A DNA stretch of 41,742 nt from Candidatus Methanogaster sp. (GCA_003194445.1 PQXF01000011.1:49201-90942); one strand, 5' to 3'. Shown: positions 9,164 through 19,242, counted from the first letter of the stretch. Notes: generated by a model from the sequence alone, not told the origin. Numbers and translations: made by a program.

Positions 9164-11035
9164 TCAGCCCACCTCAGCACTGCCGCCAACACCGGCACCA
9201 CCGAAACTCGTTCTCTGCACCACAGAATCAATGATGTTCACGACCTGCTTCTCCTCGATGATTCCGATCTCCTTTGCGGACTGAACAGAGCCAACGAGAT
9301 GCCGGATGCTTGCTGCAATCTCGTTTAAGAATCCGTGCAAGCCATGTGGCTTGTCTGAGTATGCTCTGAGTGCGATCCTGGTTATGTCTTTCTCTTTGTA
9401 CGGCTGGATTACAGCAGTGACGAGATAATACGCCCCCTCGCCAATCGATTCGCCTGCAAGGTTGAGGACAATCGTGTTATCTATCTCGTGTTCCCCGACT
9501 GTGTGAAGCCTGTGTGTGCAGGACTCTTTGATGAACGCTGCCGCCTCGTAAACCACAATTCCGCTGAACGAGAGTCCTTCCTCGATGTGTCTACTCTCCG
9601 CAGCAAGTTCCGCGAATTCGCCTTCAGTCAGGGCTTTTTCACGAAGGAACGGGCAGACGCAGTGAACCTCTTTTCCTCGCATCTGAACGGTGCATCTTTT
9701 GCCGGTGTGGTCTCTGTAGATTATGGTTGCGTCTATCTTTTCGTTGTGGACGCAACCCCTGGGCGTCAGCACGTATTTTGCAGTTCGCTCGCCATTCGGG
9801 TGGATGTTTGCAAGCGTCCGGACCCTATCACCTTTTAGCGAGAAGAGCGTTTTATCGTAGTCGAGTATCGTTTCCACGTCTGCAATCAGGTAAGGGGTTG
9901 GGTTGATTACGCGGATACCAAACCTGATGTCGTTGTTTGGCAGGACTTCGTAGCCACGTCTCACCTCGATTGCTGCGGACTCTCTTGTCGGTGTGGGTTC
10001 GGGCACTGGCTGCGGCGCCGGCTGTGGTGTTGGTGCTGGCTCTGGCGGAGGTGTGGGGTCGGGTGGTGCTGGTTGGGGGATTGGTTCCGGCGGCGGTGGT
10101 GATTGCGGAGCTGGCTTGGCAACGACGGTAGGTGCTGGCAGCGGAGTAGTTTTGGTTTCTCTGGTGGTAGATGGTTCAAATGTCGCGTCCCGCCGTTTTC
10201 CGCGGAGTTTTCCTGTAAGAAGCGCGATTGCGAGCAGTGCGATGATCGCGCCGCCTGCGAGTTTGAGCATCTGTGTGCTGTCATCGTCCGGTTTCTGGGC
10301 GGGTGTTGGCGTGGCGATCCGTGGAACTTGGGTTGCTGTCGGAAGGACGGTTGTGCTTGCGTTTGTGTAGATTCCGTTCCAGTTACCATTCTCGTCACGG
10401 AGAGATGCCCACACCAACGCACGATCATAAGTTTCGTCGACCTGATACGCGTTTAATGTGAAGACCGTTTCGTCGGTGCCGGAGATCGTTCTGTTTTCGT
10501 CATCTGCCAGTCGATCTTTGTCTGTATCGGATTTTTCGAGGCTTAAGACGAGTTTCCAGTTAGATGGGATGTTTTCCCAGCCAACCGTGACTTCTACACC
10601 TTCGCCTCCGCGAATTGTGAAGGGAGAGTCGAGGATGCGAACCGAGGGGGTCGTATCTATGCCCCCGACCTTTATCAGCCAGAAATTATACCCGCCAGAA
10701 CCGTACGAACTCATCTCTCCTGCAAGGATGTAGCCACCGTCGGAGGTCTGCTTGACTAAGTAAGCCTCATCGTCTTCAGTTCCTCCAAAGGTCTCATACC
10801 ATTCCTTGTTTCCATCGGAATCAGTTTTTACAAGCCAGAAATCAAGATCACAAGAACCGTACGATTCCGTATCTCCTGCAAGGATGTAGCCACCGTCAGA
10901 GGTCTGCTGGACCGAGTTTGCCCACTCGTTCCCAGTTCCACCAAATGCCTTGCTCCATTCTTCTTCAGGCGCCATTTCAGCACATACCACGTTCGCGAAT
11001 ACGAGCAACAGCACGATTCCGATGATACGTTTCAT
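9164..11035 (-). CDS. single-pass membrane protein: signal peptide, extracellular beta-propeller (SBBP-like) repeats, TM helix, Pro-rich linker, cytoplasmic C-terminal domain
   Basis: 623 aa; N-terminal MKRIIGIVLLLVFANVVCA; repeated QTSDGGYILAG...D.WL.K propeller blades; TM segment AGGAIIALLAIALLTG followed by KLRGKRRD; PAPQPVPEPTP-type linker; Cys/His-containing C-terminal domain. Confidence 0.6.
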   Translation of the reverse strand: MKRIIGIVLLLVFANVVCAEMAPEEEWSKAFGGTGNEWANSVQQTSDGGYILAGDTESYGSCDLDFWLVKTDSDGNKEWYETFGGTEDDEAYLVKQTSDGGYILAGEMSSYGSGGYNFWLIKVGGIDTTPSVRILDSPFTIRGGEGVEVTVGWENIPSNWKLVLSLEKSDTDKDRLADDENRTISGTDETVFTLNAYQVDETYDRALVWASLRDENGNWNGIYTNASTTVLPTATQVPRIATPTPAQKPDDDSTQMLKLAGGAIIALLAIALLTGKLRGKRRDATFEPSTTRETKTTPLPAPTVVAKPAPQSPPPPEPIPQPAPPDPTPPPEPAPTPQPAPQPVPEPTPTRESAAIEVRRGYEVLPNNDIRFGIRVINPTPYLIADVETILDYDKTLFSLKGDRVRTLANIHPNGERTAKYVLTPRGCVHNEKIDATIIYRDHTGKRCTVQMRGKEVHCVCPFLREKALTEGEFAELAAESRHIEEGLSFSGIVVYEAAAFIKESCTHRLHTVGEHEIDNTIVLNLAGESIGEGAYYLVTAVIQPYKEKDITRIALRAYSDKPHGLHGFLNEIAASIRHLVGSVQSAKEIGIIEEKQVVNIIDSVVQRTSFGGAGVGGSAEVG

Positions 11036-11246
11036 TGTTGTCCCTTGAGATTTTACATAGAGTTACCGAATAATAAATAATCCACATGTACCATTCCACA
11101 CTCAATCCCCCCAACCATCTTCATTCCCAGAGCTGCCATGCAGAACGCTACCAGACCCCCCATCGAAATACCACTCCGCGACCAGCCCATTATCAGCCGC
11201 CCCCACACCCACGAGCGCGAGCAGCACCAAGACCGCCAGCCCAGTT

Positions 11247-11657
11247 CTACGCATCCCCAATCACTTCCTCAGTCCGATCGACAAAGTGTTCCGCCTCATT
11301 CAAGAGTTCGCCAACCTCATCATCATCAAGAACAACTTCAATATTGTAATTGCGCCTGTCCCGGATCGTCAAGCCATGCACTATACTTCTTACCTCGTCC
11401 TTGTTCAATTTCCCAAGTTTTACATACTTCCCGAGCTGCAAAATAACTCCTTTGTGCATCTTCGGCGAGATATCCTCCAGTACGAGGAATGTTTTTGCGG
11501 AATGGTTCATGGCATAATATGCATGGCTGACAGCACCTTCAAAGAATCCGCCCCTGTGATCATGCCACGCCATCTCAAGATAACGCCTGGATTTACGCAG
11601 ACGCGCTTTTACATTGTTCATACAATAGGACTCCTTCTCGCACGATTTTTCTGGCAA
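11247..11657 (-). CDS. HEPN-domain protein, partner of the upstream minimal nucleotidyltransferase
   Basis: Helical ~120-aa protein with HEPN-like conserved helix (AVSHAYYAMNHSAKTF) and RxxxHG; immediately follows an MNT gene; the true start is probably an internal Met (11621 or 11576). Confidence 0.5.
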   Translation of the reverse strand: MPEKSCEKESYCMNNVKARLRKSRRYLEMAWHDHRGGFFEGAVSHAYYAMNHSAKTFLVLEDISPKMHKGVILQLGKYVKLGKLNKDEVRSIVHGLTIRDRRNYNIEVVLDDDEVGELLNEAEHFVDRTEEVIGDA

Positions 11658-11913
11658 AGTCGCTCATATTATTGAGTTGATATACGAGTATGGATGGTAG
11701 TTTGGAATAACGAATCACAAAATCCGTCACAACACCACAGATGTCGCCTGAGATGTTCTGATTCGCGTCCGTTGTCACTAAAATGTCGATATCGCTATCT
11801 TCCGTATCAACGCCTTTAGCAACTGAACCGAATAGTGTTATCGAAACTATTTCGTCGCCGGATGTTCTCAGAACCTCTTCTGAAAATCTTTCTGCAACTT
11901 CTTTTCGATCCAT
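11593..11913 (-). CDS. minimal nucleotidyltransferase (MNT) of an MNT-HEPN pair
   Basis: GS-x9-DxD motif (LFGSVAKGVDTEDSDIDILV); start taken at the MDRKEV Met, because the longer ORF 5' extension overlaps a duplicated zinc-ribbon remnant in another frame. Confidence 0.6.
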   Translation of the reverse strand: MDRKEVAERFSEEVLRTSGDEIVSITLFGSVAKGVDTEDSDIDILVTTDANQNISGDICGVVTDFVIRYSKLPSILVYQLNNMSDFARKIVREGVLLYEQCKSASA

Positions 11914-11961
11914 AATTACTATCCGATTCTGTTGTGTGGCATTGCCGACAGCATTCGTCCT

Positions 11962-12110
11962 CTCAGCGTCCAACCCCCACCCCGCACTCCGTGCAGAACT
12001 TCGTCCCGATCGGAACCTCAGCACCACACTCAGAGCAGATAACAACCTTCCTAACCTCCTGCACATGCGGAACCGCTAGTGCAGGTGAAACACCTCCACC
12101 CACAACAACA
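11962..12110 (-). repeat. ~150-bp direct repeat, copy 1: degenerate duplicate of the 3' end (C-terminal zinc ribbon) of gene 12908..15043
   Basis: About 88 percent identical to 12913..13061. On the minus strand it encodes ...VVVGGGVSPALAVPHVQEVRKVVICSECGAEVPIGTKFCTECGVGVGR, a near copy of the last ~50 residues of the 711-aa protein, preceded by an in-frame stop. Confidence 0.6.
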
Positions 12111-12135
12111 CAACCAGTTATCCACCCCCTCCACA

Positions 12136-12465
12136 TCAAACCAGCCTCCTCGCACCCTTAAGAACGCTCTTTATGAACAGGTTATCCCTCTTCATCGCAT
12201 CAAACTCGTTCCTTGTGTAAACCAGTGGCTCTATCGGCAGATCAGTCAGATCAAGAATCTTTCCGATCCGGTCAAAGAACCGCTCCTTAAAGTTCCCGAC
12301 GATGATCAGGTCGATGTCGCTCCCCTCATGAATATCCCCCCTCACAAAAGAGCCGTACAGGTAAACCTCGCAGTTGAACCGTTCTCCGAGATCACCCGAG
12401 AATTCCTCTACCTCTTCGAGAATCTCTTCACGCTTTCCAATATCAACTCTGCGTAGCGTATGCAT
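12136..12465 (-). CDS. minimal nucleotidyltransferase (MNT)
   Basis: LYGSFVRGDIHEGSDIDLIIV motif; overlaps the 3' end of the upstream HEPN gene. Confidence 0.6.
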   Translation of the reverse strand: MHTLRRVDIGKREEILEEVEEFSGDLGERFNCEVYLYGSFVRGDIHEGSDIDLIIVGNFKERFFDRIGKILDLTDLPIEPLVYTRNEFDAMKRDNLFIKSVLKGARRLV

Positions 12466-12803
12466 TGTTCCGCATCCTCCATCTCATAGAATTCAGCAGG
12501 TGCTAACTCGCCAGCCAATCCGTCAGGATACCTTGTTGGGATGTAAAACATATCCAGATGGCGGGCATAAGATTCCACATCAGAAAAACCATTTTCTATC
12601 TTTTTGCACTCTCTCACCAATTCCTTGTTGGAGTGTGTTATAATCGAGGTGTACCCCTGCAAATAAAGGAAGAACTTGAGAGTCTTCTCTGCGGATTGCT
12701 GTGCCTGAAAACATGCCCAGTTATAGTGCCCGCTCTTCAAGCTATCCTTTGCGGCTTTCAGATCTTCTTCTGCCTGTGTGAGCCATTTCCTTGTCTCTCT
12801 CAT
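12408..12803 (-). CDS. HEPN-domain protein
   Basis: 131 aa; conserved HEPN helix (CFQAQQSAEKTLKFFL) and ...YIPTRYPDG motif; paired with the downstream MNT. Confidence 0.6.
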   Translation of the reverse strand: MRETRKWLTQAEEDLKAAKDSLKSGHYNWACFQAQQSAEKTLKFFLYLQGYTSIITHSNKELVRECKKIENGFSDVESYARHLDMFYIPTRYPDGLAGELAPAEFYEMEDAEQCIRYAELILESVKRFSKR

Positions 12804-12907
12804 CGTTTGAACACCTTTACCATTTCAGATATGCGTAACCATCGGGGATAACCATCAGGGAGTTTCGTAGCGCTTCACTCTCATAACCATTGGGCTTCAT
12901 TCGCGCC

Positions 12908-15043
12908 TCATTCAGCTCGCCCAACCCCCGCCCCGCATTCCGTGCAGAACCTCGTCCCGACCGGAACCTCAGCCCCGCACTCAGAGCAGATAACGACCTT
13001 CCTGACCTCCTGCACCGGCGGTGCCGCTACTGGTGCAGGCGAAACACCTCCACCCACAACAACCGGCTGCCCGCTACCACTACCACCGCCCGTCACAACA
13101 GTCGTTCCGCCTGATGCCGCACCCTGCGCCCGTGTCGCAGCCGTGGTCCCCATCTGCCTGAGTGCTTCTGCCGTCATCCGCTCAACTCTGTCTCCGCCTT
13201 TGTCCGCCATCTCCTGTATCGTCCGTGCGAATGCGTCTTTGTCAGAGAGCCGATCCTCGTACATCCGCATGATCTCCTCAGCGCTCTTTGATCTGTACTT
13301 CTCCTTAAACGCATCGGCGATTGCCGCACTGTCCTTTGCCCCAAGAGCAAGTATCTGCTCCTCGGTAAGACCTGTCGCAAGCTTCATTCTCGCAAGTTCG
13401 CTCAGATGTTCCGCACCTTTCCCCTCCGAAACAGAGATGAGCGCCTCATCCGTAGCCGCTGAACGCGCCTTAAGCCGATCGGCCTCAAGATCGGCCTCTT
13501 TCTGCATCTTCTCAAGTTCGAGCGATTGGTAGCCAGCCACGTCCTCCCGTTTCGCTGCTTTCATCGCTTTTAGCAGTTCGATTCCTTCTCTCGCAGCTCT
13601 CGCATCTTCTTCGTCTTCTTTCCGCTCTTTCTCAACTTTGAGATCGTGCGCCTTTCGCTCCATCTCCAGTTCATGCAGACGACGTTTCGCGTCCATATCC
13701 AGATCGTGCGAGCGATGCTCTGCATCCATATCCAGTTCGTGCCGCTGTTCGATGCGACCTAACATCAATCTCCGTGCAACACTTCTATCCTCCCGGTTCT
13801 CCACGAATATCTGCTTGAGCTCAGCCATCTCGTTCTCTCGTATGACCTTGTCCCGGTCAAGCCCATACAGAAACGTCTCAAGCTCTTCCGCATTCCCGAG
13901 TTCATCCATCTTATCATCAGTCAGTCTTGCACGCATCCTCTTTGTGAGTCCAAGCCGCTTACTGTCGAGATCTTCTATCCCCTCGTCAATAACATATTCC
14001 CCTTCTTCAGACGTTAATTCTCTCTTTTTAGCGGCTACACGTTCTTCGTACTCGACCAGTTGCAGCTCGGAATCCTGCTTTATCTGCTCCCTCCTCCTGA
14101 TCAACTCTCGTGCAGACTCGCCCCGTGCACCGATTATATCGCCCCAGTAGCTCTCATCGTAGTCGAAATACGGCAGGTACACGAGGTTCAGACCAGTTCT
14201 TTCGAGCGTAGTCTTCAGCAGATGCTCAAAGTCCTGCTCGATCTCTTTCTTCAGTTCGAGATTGCCATACAGGTCCTCAAATGAATACTGCTTGACCTTC
14301 GGTTGCAACAGATTCGAGATCTCGCTTTCGAGCATCGCCTCAATGTCGGTCGTATCTATGCGTTCTCGCCCCTTCATCAGGTTGTTTGCGAAGAGTATCG
14401 GCGCCTCGACACCCACAACCATCTTGGCCATGACTCCTGAATCAAAGTTCTCCGCCGTTCTCAAGCCGCCGATCCTGAAGTCAAGCCGGACGTCCGAATC
14501 ATCCACAAGTATCACGGTTGCTCGCTCCCCGAAGTTCAGGTTCCGTATCGCATTGGTGAGCCCGCCGACCGTGTACGTCCCGGGCGTAAGTTCGCCTGTG
14601 AACCGTCCCCCCTGCAAAAATATCGCTTTCGTTCCCGGCATAACGGATATCTTCTTGCTAAAGACTCCTTTGATGTCGCTTACCTCAAACCGGCGTGCGA
14701 AGTCGAGCGGCTCTCTCCGCCACACCCTTACTTTGCCAGATTTTTCCGGCACCACCGCCGCCCTCACCCTCTCTTCTGCGGACTGAGTCATTCTGGCACC
14801 GCAGTTCGGGCAGAATTTGTGATCCGCGCCTACCGGCATGTCGCATTTGCTGCACATCATGCCGGATAGGAGATTTCCGCACTGTGAACAGAATTTACTC
14901 TTCTTGCTGTTCTCTGTTCCACAGTTACTGCACTTTATCTTGCCAAACATCTCTTTGGTACCTCCCTGTTCTACTTCAATTCCCCACCACAAAACGGGCA
15001 CATCTTCCACCCTTCTTCCACGTCCTGACCGCAGCCGGGGCAC
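12908..15043 (-). CDS. flotillin/SPFH (band 7) domain protein with N-terminal triple zinc ribbon, long EA/ER-rich coiled coil and C-terminal zinc ribbon
   Basis: 711 aa; N-terminal CSNCG...CSQCG...CSKCD...CPNCG; SPFH-like segment (VGVEAPILFANNL...DIEAMLESEISNLL...); about 300 aa of coiled coil with repeated HELDMDAEHRSHDLDMDAKRRLHELEME; C-terminal CSECGAEVPVGTRFCTECG. Confidence 0.6.
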   Translation of the reverse strand: MPRLRSGRGRRVEDVPVLWWGIEVEQGGTKEMFGKIKCSNCGTENSKKSKFCSQCGNLLSGMMCSKCDMPVGADHKFCPNCGARMTQSAEERVRAAVVPEKSGKVRVWRREPLDFARRFEVSDIKGVFSKKISVMPGTKAIFLQGGRFTGELTPGTYTVGGLTNAIRNLNFGERATVILVDDSDVRLDFRIGGLRTAENFDSGVMAKMVVGVEAPILFANNLMKGRERIDTTDIEAMLESEISNLLQPKVKQYSFEDLYGNLELKKEIEQDFEHLLKTTLERTGLNLVYLPYFDYDESYWGDIIGARGESARELIRRREQIKQDSELQLVEYEERVAAKKRELTSEEGEYVIDEGIEDLDSKRLGLTKRMRARLTDDKMDELGNAEELETFLYGLDRDKVIRENEMAELKQIFVENREDRSVARRLMLGRIEQRHELDMDAEHRSHDLDMDAKRRLHELEMERKAHDLKVEKERKEDEEDARAAREGIELLKAMKAAKREDVAGYQSLELEKMQKEADLEADRLKARSAATDEALISVSEGKGAEHLSELARMKLATGLTEEQILALGAKDSAAIADAFKEKYRSKSAEEIMRMYEDRLSDKDAFARTIQEMADKGGDRVERMTAEALRQMGTTAATRAQGAASGGTTVVTGGGSGSGQPVVVGGGVSPAPVAAPPVQEVRKVVICSECGAEVPVGTRFCTECGAGVGRAE
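12913..13061 (-). repeat. ~150-bp direct repeat, copy 2 (authentic 3' end of gene 12908..15043)
   Basis: See copy 1. The two copies bracket exactly the HEPN-MNT pair 12136..12803. Confidence 0.6.
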
Positions 15044-16239
15044 TTTGATTCGAGTTCATTCCCACAAAACGGGCACATCTTCCATCCAGCCTGCACTATA
15101 TTGCCACATTTCGGGCAGGTCTTTTCAGGTTCAGACTCGTGTTTCGGTTCGGATTCGGTAGCGCTCGTTGCACCACCCACCTCACTCCGCTGCACGATAC
15201 TACCACTCATCTCAACACTCCTACTTCCCTCATACAGCATTTCACCACCCTCGTCTTCTTTAATCGCAGCGCCACCAACCGCACTTTTTTGAATAACACT
15301 CTCTTTGATCTGTGTAGCTCCGGAAGCCACGACCTCGCCGATAGAGCCGATATCAACCTTTGTTACCGTTTTATCCGATTCGACTACAGAGACCAGGAAA
15401 CCCTTTTCAGTAGAGTGTTTCTCTCCATTTTCATCCGTGCATGTCACGTCCAGCTCCAGGCTTACAGAACCACTCTCTTGTGTTTTTAAGACCATGGGAA
15501 TGGTCACGCACTGGTCAGGAGCAAGCGTTTCATCGTAGGTCTGCACTTTGTCCAGATCGAATTTCGAATCTTTTTTCACTGACACGGTCAGGTTCATCAT
15601 CTCTTCGTTACTCAAATTCTCAAAAATAAAACCAATCTCTTTCCATTGATCCTGTGTCATCTCCGGTTCTGTCATCCGGATGCCCAGCGGGCTGACATGG
15701 ATTTCCGCCTCGTTTGACGGGATGTCGTCCAGTGAAAATTTATTCTCGATCTCGCACATCGCTTTCGTTCGGAAATATCCGCCCACGTTTGCCCGGATCC
15801 TATATTGATACTCCATTTCTCCGTCCGGGTTTAACTGGCACTCCATCAGGGGCATCTCTCCGATCAACTCGAATTGAGGCGGCACCTCATCTGTTACAAT
15901 GCAGTCCAGCACACCCGTTCCATATCGGCTTTTAAGTTTTATTGCCATGGTCACGGTTTCTCCGATCTCCATGTACTGTTCTGAGCACGTTCTGGAAAAT
16001 GTGAGTATGGACTTCTCCCCTATCGATATCTTTGAGATTCCTTTTTGTATACCGCCAACTACTGATGCCGAACCGGATTTTGCTTTTTCTGTTATGCCGC
16101 TTGTGTCTATCTTTCCTTTCAGTTTATCTCCGGCACTGGTCATCGCCTCGACATTAACTTTCTCAGTTATCTTTTTTTGTATGTCGCCACTCTCTATTTT
16201 TTCTTTCATCCTTTTAGAAAGGTTTTTTAATCCTTTCAT
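14971..16239 (-). CDS. uncharacterised protein with beta-rich central domain and C-terminal duplicated zinc ribbons
   Basis: 422 aa; C-terminal CPKCGNIVQAGWKMCPFCGNEL followed by CPGCGQDVEEGWKMCPFCGGEL; start overlaps the upstream gene by 4 nt; 3' end overlaps the next gene. Confidence 0.5.
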   Translation of the reverse strand: MKGLKNLSKRMKEKIESGDIQKKITEKVNVEAMTSAGDKLKGKIDTSGITEKAKSGSASVVGGIQKGISKISIGEKSILTFSRTCSEQYMEIGETVTMAIKLKSRYGTGVLDCIVTDEVPPQFELIGEMPLMECQLNPDGEMEYQYRIRANVGGYFRTKAMCEIENKFSLDDIPSNEAEIHVSPLGIRMTEPEMTQDQWKEIGFIFENLSNEEMMNLTVSVKKDSKFDLDKVQTYDETLAPDQCVTIPMVLKTQESGSVSLELDVTCTDENGEKHSTEKGFLVSVVESDKTVTKVDIGSIGEVVASGATQIKESVIQKSAVGGAAIKEDEGGEMLYEGSRSVEMSGSIVQRSEVGGATSATESEPKHESEPEKTCPKCGNIVQAGWKMCPFCGNELESKCPGCGQDVEEGWKMCPFCGGELK

Positions 16240-17804
16240 TGTTTCTCCCCTCCCCGCACCATACTTTCAATAATTCTATATTCCTTTTCAGATATTCTCT
16301 CCTTATTTTTCAGTTTCTCTGCCCCTTTTAGGATAACCTCATGCGTATCCGAAGAAGAACCGACGATGGAATTGTTGAATGTATGCTCTAAGACCTTCAA
16401 TTCAAGTTCCTTATCATTCACCAGTGTCTTTGTCACACCACCTCTGATTAAAAGATCAAAACCTTCTCGACGCTCTATTTTCTTGAATTTGGTTAGTAGA
16501 GCTGAAGATAGGGATTTTGTCTCATCATCGATGTAGTTTGGTGGAAAGACGACGAACCTCTGCGTTCCTGCTTTATCGTCTTTGAATGCAGCGATGTAAA
16601 CCGGTATGTATGCGAAAAAGGAGCCGTGAACATCTTTCGCCACGTCGGGCAAAGGCAGATTGATGCCCAAGTCGTTGATCCGGTCGGTCAGCTCGTTCTT
16701 CATATTTATAACGTATGCTTCTTTAGCATCTTCCAATCGCTCCGAGAGGCGATCAAGTTTTTGAGTCTTTTCCTGGTATTCATAACCGATGCTTTTTGTT
16801 TCGTTGTCGAAATTCTCAAGTTTCGCATCCAGAACCAACAGCTGGTCATGAAGTTCTTTTCTGCGGTTCTCTGCCTTCATTTTGATCTCCTTGATCTCTC
16901 CGTCTACCTCTACCAATTGCTTTTTGTATTCTGCGACTGCGTTTTTTAGCTGTTCACGTTCTTCAACAGTTTTGGTCTGGGAAAGTGCATCTTTTTCCTG
17001 ATTATGCTTGTATTCTATGGTTTCCCTGCGGCCCACTCGGACAGAGAGTAGTTTTTCCTCATCCTCATCATTACCACGTTTTAACTGCTTGATCTCCAAA
17101 GCTTTTATCTTGAATGCATCTATCGTCTCCCTTCGTTTTTTGTTCCTTTCTGAAATCACTTGTTCGCACTCCGCATCCAGGTTTTTCTTTAGCGCATCGG
17201 TTTTCCTTGTTAGTATCCCGCTAACACTGTCTAATATGGACGGCAACCCGGATAATTTGTCTTCCTCGCAATCAAGCACCCTGCGAATCTCCTGAACCTC
17301 CGGATCGTCCTCATACCCCCATGTATCGAACACAAAAGTACCAGTATCTTCTCGTTCATACGCAAAACTTAGAAATCCTTTCAAGTCGTCCAGGACGTTT
17401 TTGCTCGGCAATGAATTAAACTCCAGCGCATTCTTTTTGATTTCCGTAACCGAAGAGAGGAGCGCAGAAAACTCGCGTATATATTCGTCATAGTCCGCCC
17501 CCACCTGACCGAACTTTTCCTCCAACGAGTCAAGATCATGCGCCACGACCTCAGGGAAATACAGCGTCTTTTCATCTGCAAGCATCTGATGCAGAAACAG
17601 GATGCATCGCTCCCTTCTCTCATAAAACGATACGAGCAAGGGTATGGCTAACTCCGCTATACCATCCATCACTTCTCCTGACTTTTTGAGCATCCCGCCG
17701 CCCTTTCGGCTCTTATTTACTTCAAGCAGCAATCCGGGCAGGTACTCTTCTTCCGAGACTTTGCCGTTCTTTGATACTGCAAATGGAATGGATATCATCT
17801 TCAT
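16236..17804 (-). CDS. long coiled-coil protein (uncharacterised)
   Basis: 522 aa; central ~250 aa strongly heptad-like and E/K/R-rich; stop overlaps the downstream gene start (ATGA-type 4-nt overlap). Confidence 0.5.
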   Translation of the reverse strand: MKMISIPFAVSKNGKVSEEEYLPGLLLEVNKSRKGGGMLKKSGEVMDGIAELAIPLLVSFYERRERCILFLHQMLADEKTLYFPEVVAHDLDSLEEKFGQVGADYDEYIREFSALLSSVTEIKKNALEFNSLPSKNVLDDLKGFLSFAYEREDTGTFVFDTWGYEDDPEVQEIRRVLDCEEDKLSGLPSILDSVSGILTRKTDALKKNLDAECEQVISERNKKRRETIDAFKIKALEIKQLKRGNDEDEEKLLSVRVGRRETIEYKHNQEKDALSQTKTVEEREQLKNAVAEYKKQLVEVDGEIKEIKMKAENRRKELHDQLLVLDAKLENFDNETKSIGYEYQEKTQKLDRLSERLEDAKEAYVINMKNELTDRINDLGINLPLPDVAKDVHGSFFAYIPVYIAAFKDDKAGTQRFVVFPPNYIDDETKSLSSALLTKFKKIERREGFDLLIRGGVTKTLVNDKELELKVLEHTFNNSIVGSSSDTHEVILKGAEKLKNKERISEKEYRIIESMVRGGEKQ

Positions 17805-17949
17805 GGTTCATCGCTCCTGATTTAACCTAATCTCGGTTTCTGGTGTTACGATCTTACGCCATATCATCCTCGTCAGTATAAAACTGTAGTGAATGTTCAT
17901 CTCATCTGCCCTCCACAATACGGACAGAACTTCGGCGTCTTCGGCAGAT

Positions 17950-19242
17950 TCAGTGCCTCACCGCAATGGGGCAGTTTGAGAACGGCTTTTCGCCACCACC
18001 ACCGATTGTACTCCTTGTCGCAACCACATCTCCCGTAATTTTCGTACCACCAACGATATCACCCCCAGCAACCTGCTTTTGTCCAGAAACGTAGTCACCT
18101 GCGATAAACACGCTTGAAATGTATTCCTTTACCCTTGTCTGTTCCTCAAGTCTATCAAGCATCCTGTGATAAAATCCCACAAGAGCCGACTCTTCTTCTG
18201 CCCATGCCTCCAGAACCAGCCTCGAACTGCCGGCTTCCGAACCAATGACATTCAACTGGGCTGCATACTTCATCCCGCCTGCCGCACCAAGAGCTGCGTA
18301 TCTGGCAGAGCCGCTGAAATACCCGGGCGCTGAATTCCACACAGGTTTGAGCATGGACATATTCATAGACCGCAGGGCATGGGTTGCGACATTGAACAGG
18401 GTTTCTGCTGGCACAGGAATCTCTTCGTGGGTCTCTTTTGTGGAGATTAGATTGGCTGTGTGGTCAAACCATGTGTCATCTTCGGTTTTAAATCGTTTCA
18501 GAATTGCGCATTTGATATTAACTTGTTTTGGCTTGATTTTTATTCGTTCGTGGTTGTCGGATGCGGTATCGTAATATGTGACCTCGCCTTCGATTACGCA
18601 GTCCCCGCACTCACCGGTCGGTCGAATGGTAAAGGTTGTAGTCTGGCGTTCTTTTGATTTTATCAGTCCAATCGTCTTCTCTTTTTCGCCGAGCAGAAAT
18701 ACCTGCGGCACGAAGAGGGTTGCTTTCACGTCTGCTATCGAGTGGTCGAGCTGGTTCTCGATGCTTACCTTGAAGTCGATGTTTGCGCCGTGGTATTCGG
18801 ATTTGGATTTGAGGATGATTTTTGGTTCTGCTTCTTCTACTCTTGATTTGATCCTATCAAGTGCTTCTTTTGCATGTTTCCTGACATCCTTGTCATAATC
18901 GGTGGTTGCATTTTCAAGCGCAGGGATTGCTCTTGGATCGCCGATCTTACCGAGTGAAAAGGCAGCATACATACGCACAATCTTATCTTCATCTCCAAGA
19001 GCGGTTATCAGAGGCTCAACCGCCCTCACATCACCAATCTCACCAAGTGCTCCGGTAGCAGCCCAACACACAAAAATATCTTCATCGCCAAGTGTAGTTA
19101 TTAAAGGCTCAACCGCTCTTCTATCGCCAATCCCACCAAGTGTTTCGGCAGCCCTCTCACGCACCTTCCAATCTTCATCCCCAAGCGCATCTATCAACCC
19201 CCCAACATCCCTCCGTCTTTCCAATTCATCTATATCAACCAT
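17950..19242 (-). CDS. HEAT (PBS-lyase type) repeat protein with C-terminal beta domain and Gly-rich tail
   Basis: 430 aa; three tandem repeats of the form LGDEDxxVRxxAAxALGxIGDxRAVEPLIxxL; C-terminal tail [21 protein letters not shown] shared with gene 19361..20404. Confidence 0.6.
   Translation of the reverse strand: MVDIDELERRRDVGGLIDALGDEDWKVRERAAETLGGIGDRRAVEPLITTLGDEDIFVCWAATGALGEIGDVRAVEPLITALGDEDKIVRMYAAFSLGKIGDPRAIPALENATTDYDKDVRKHAKEALDRIKSRVEEAEPKIILKSKSEYHGANIDFKVSIENQLDHSIADVKATLFVPQVFLLGEKEKTIGLIKSKERQTTTFTIRPTGECGDCVIEGEVTYYDTASDNHERIKIKPKQVNIKCAILKRFKTEDDTWFDHTANLISTKETHEEIPVPAETLFNVATHALRSMNMSMLKPVWNSAPGYFSGSARYAALGAAGGMKYAAQLNVIGSEAGSSRLVLEAWAEEESALVGFYHRMLDRLEEQTRVKEYISSVFIAGDYVSGQKQVAGGDIVGGTKITGDVVATRSTIGGGGEKPFSNCPIAVRH

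Noticed and set aside
9961-10456. Gly/Arg-rich ORFs and an apparent tandem repeat at 10000-10130
   Set aside because: These are alternative frames of the Pro/Thr/Glu-rich linker of gene 9164..11035. The DNA repetitiveness reflects that low-complexity coding sequence and is not a separate repeat element or CRISPR array.
11286-11675. + strand 129-aa ORF
   Set aside because: Antisense to the better-supported HEPN gene; AT-rich, low-complexity translation.
13560-13760. Short tandem nucleotide repeats (catatccagatcgtg / catatccagttcgtg)
   Set aside because: They encode the repeated HELDMD/HDLDMD peptide units of the flotillin-like coiled coil; this is a coding periodicity, not a satellite or CRISPR.
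14990-15125. Direct nucleotide repeat cacaaaacgggcacatcttcca x2
   Set aside because: Explained by the duplicated zinc-ribbon motif (WKMCPFCG) at the C-terminus of gene 14971..16239; not an independent repeat element.
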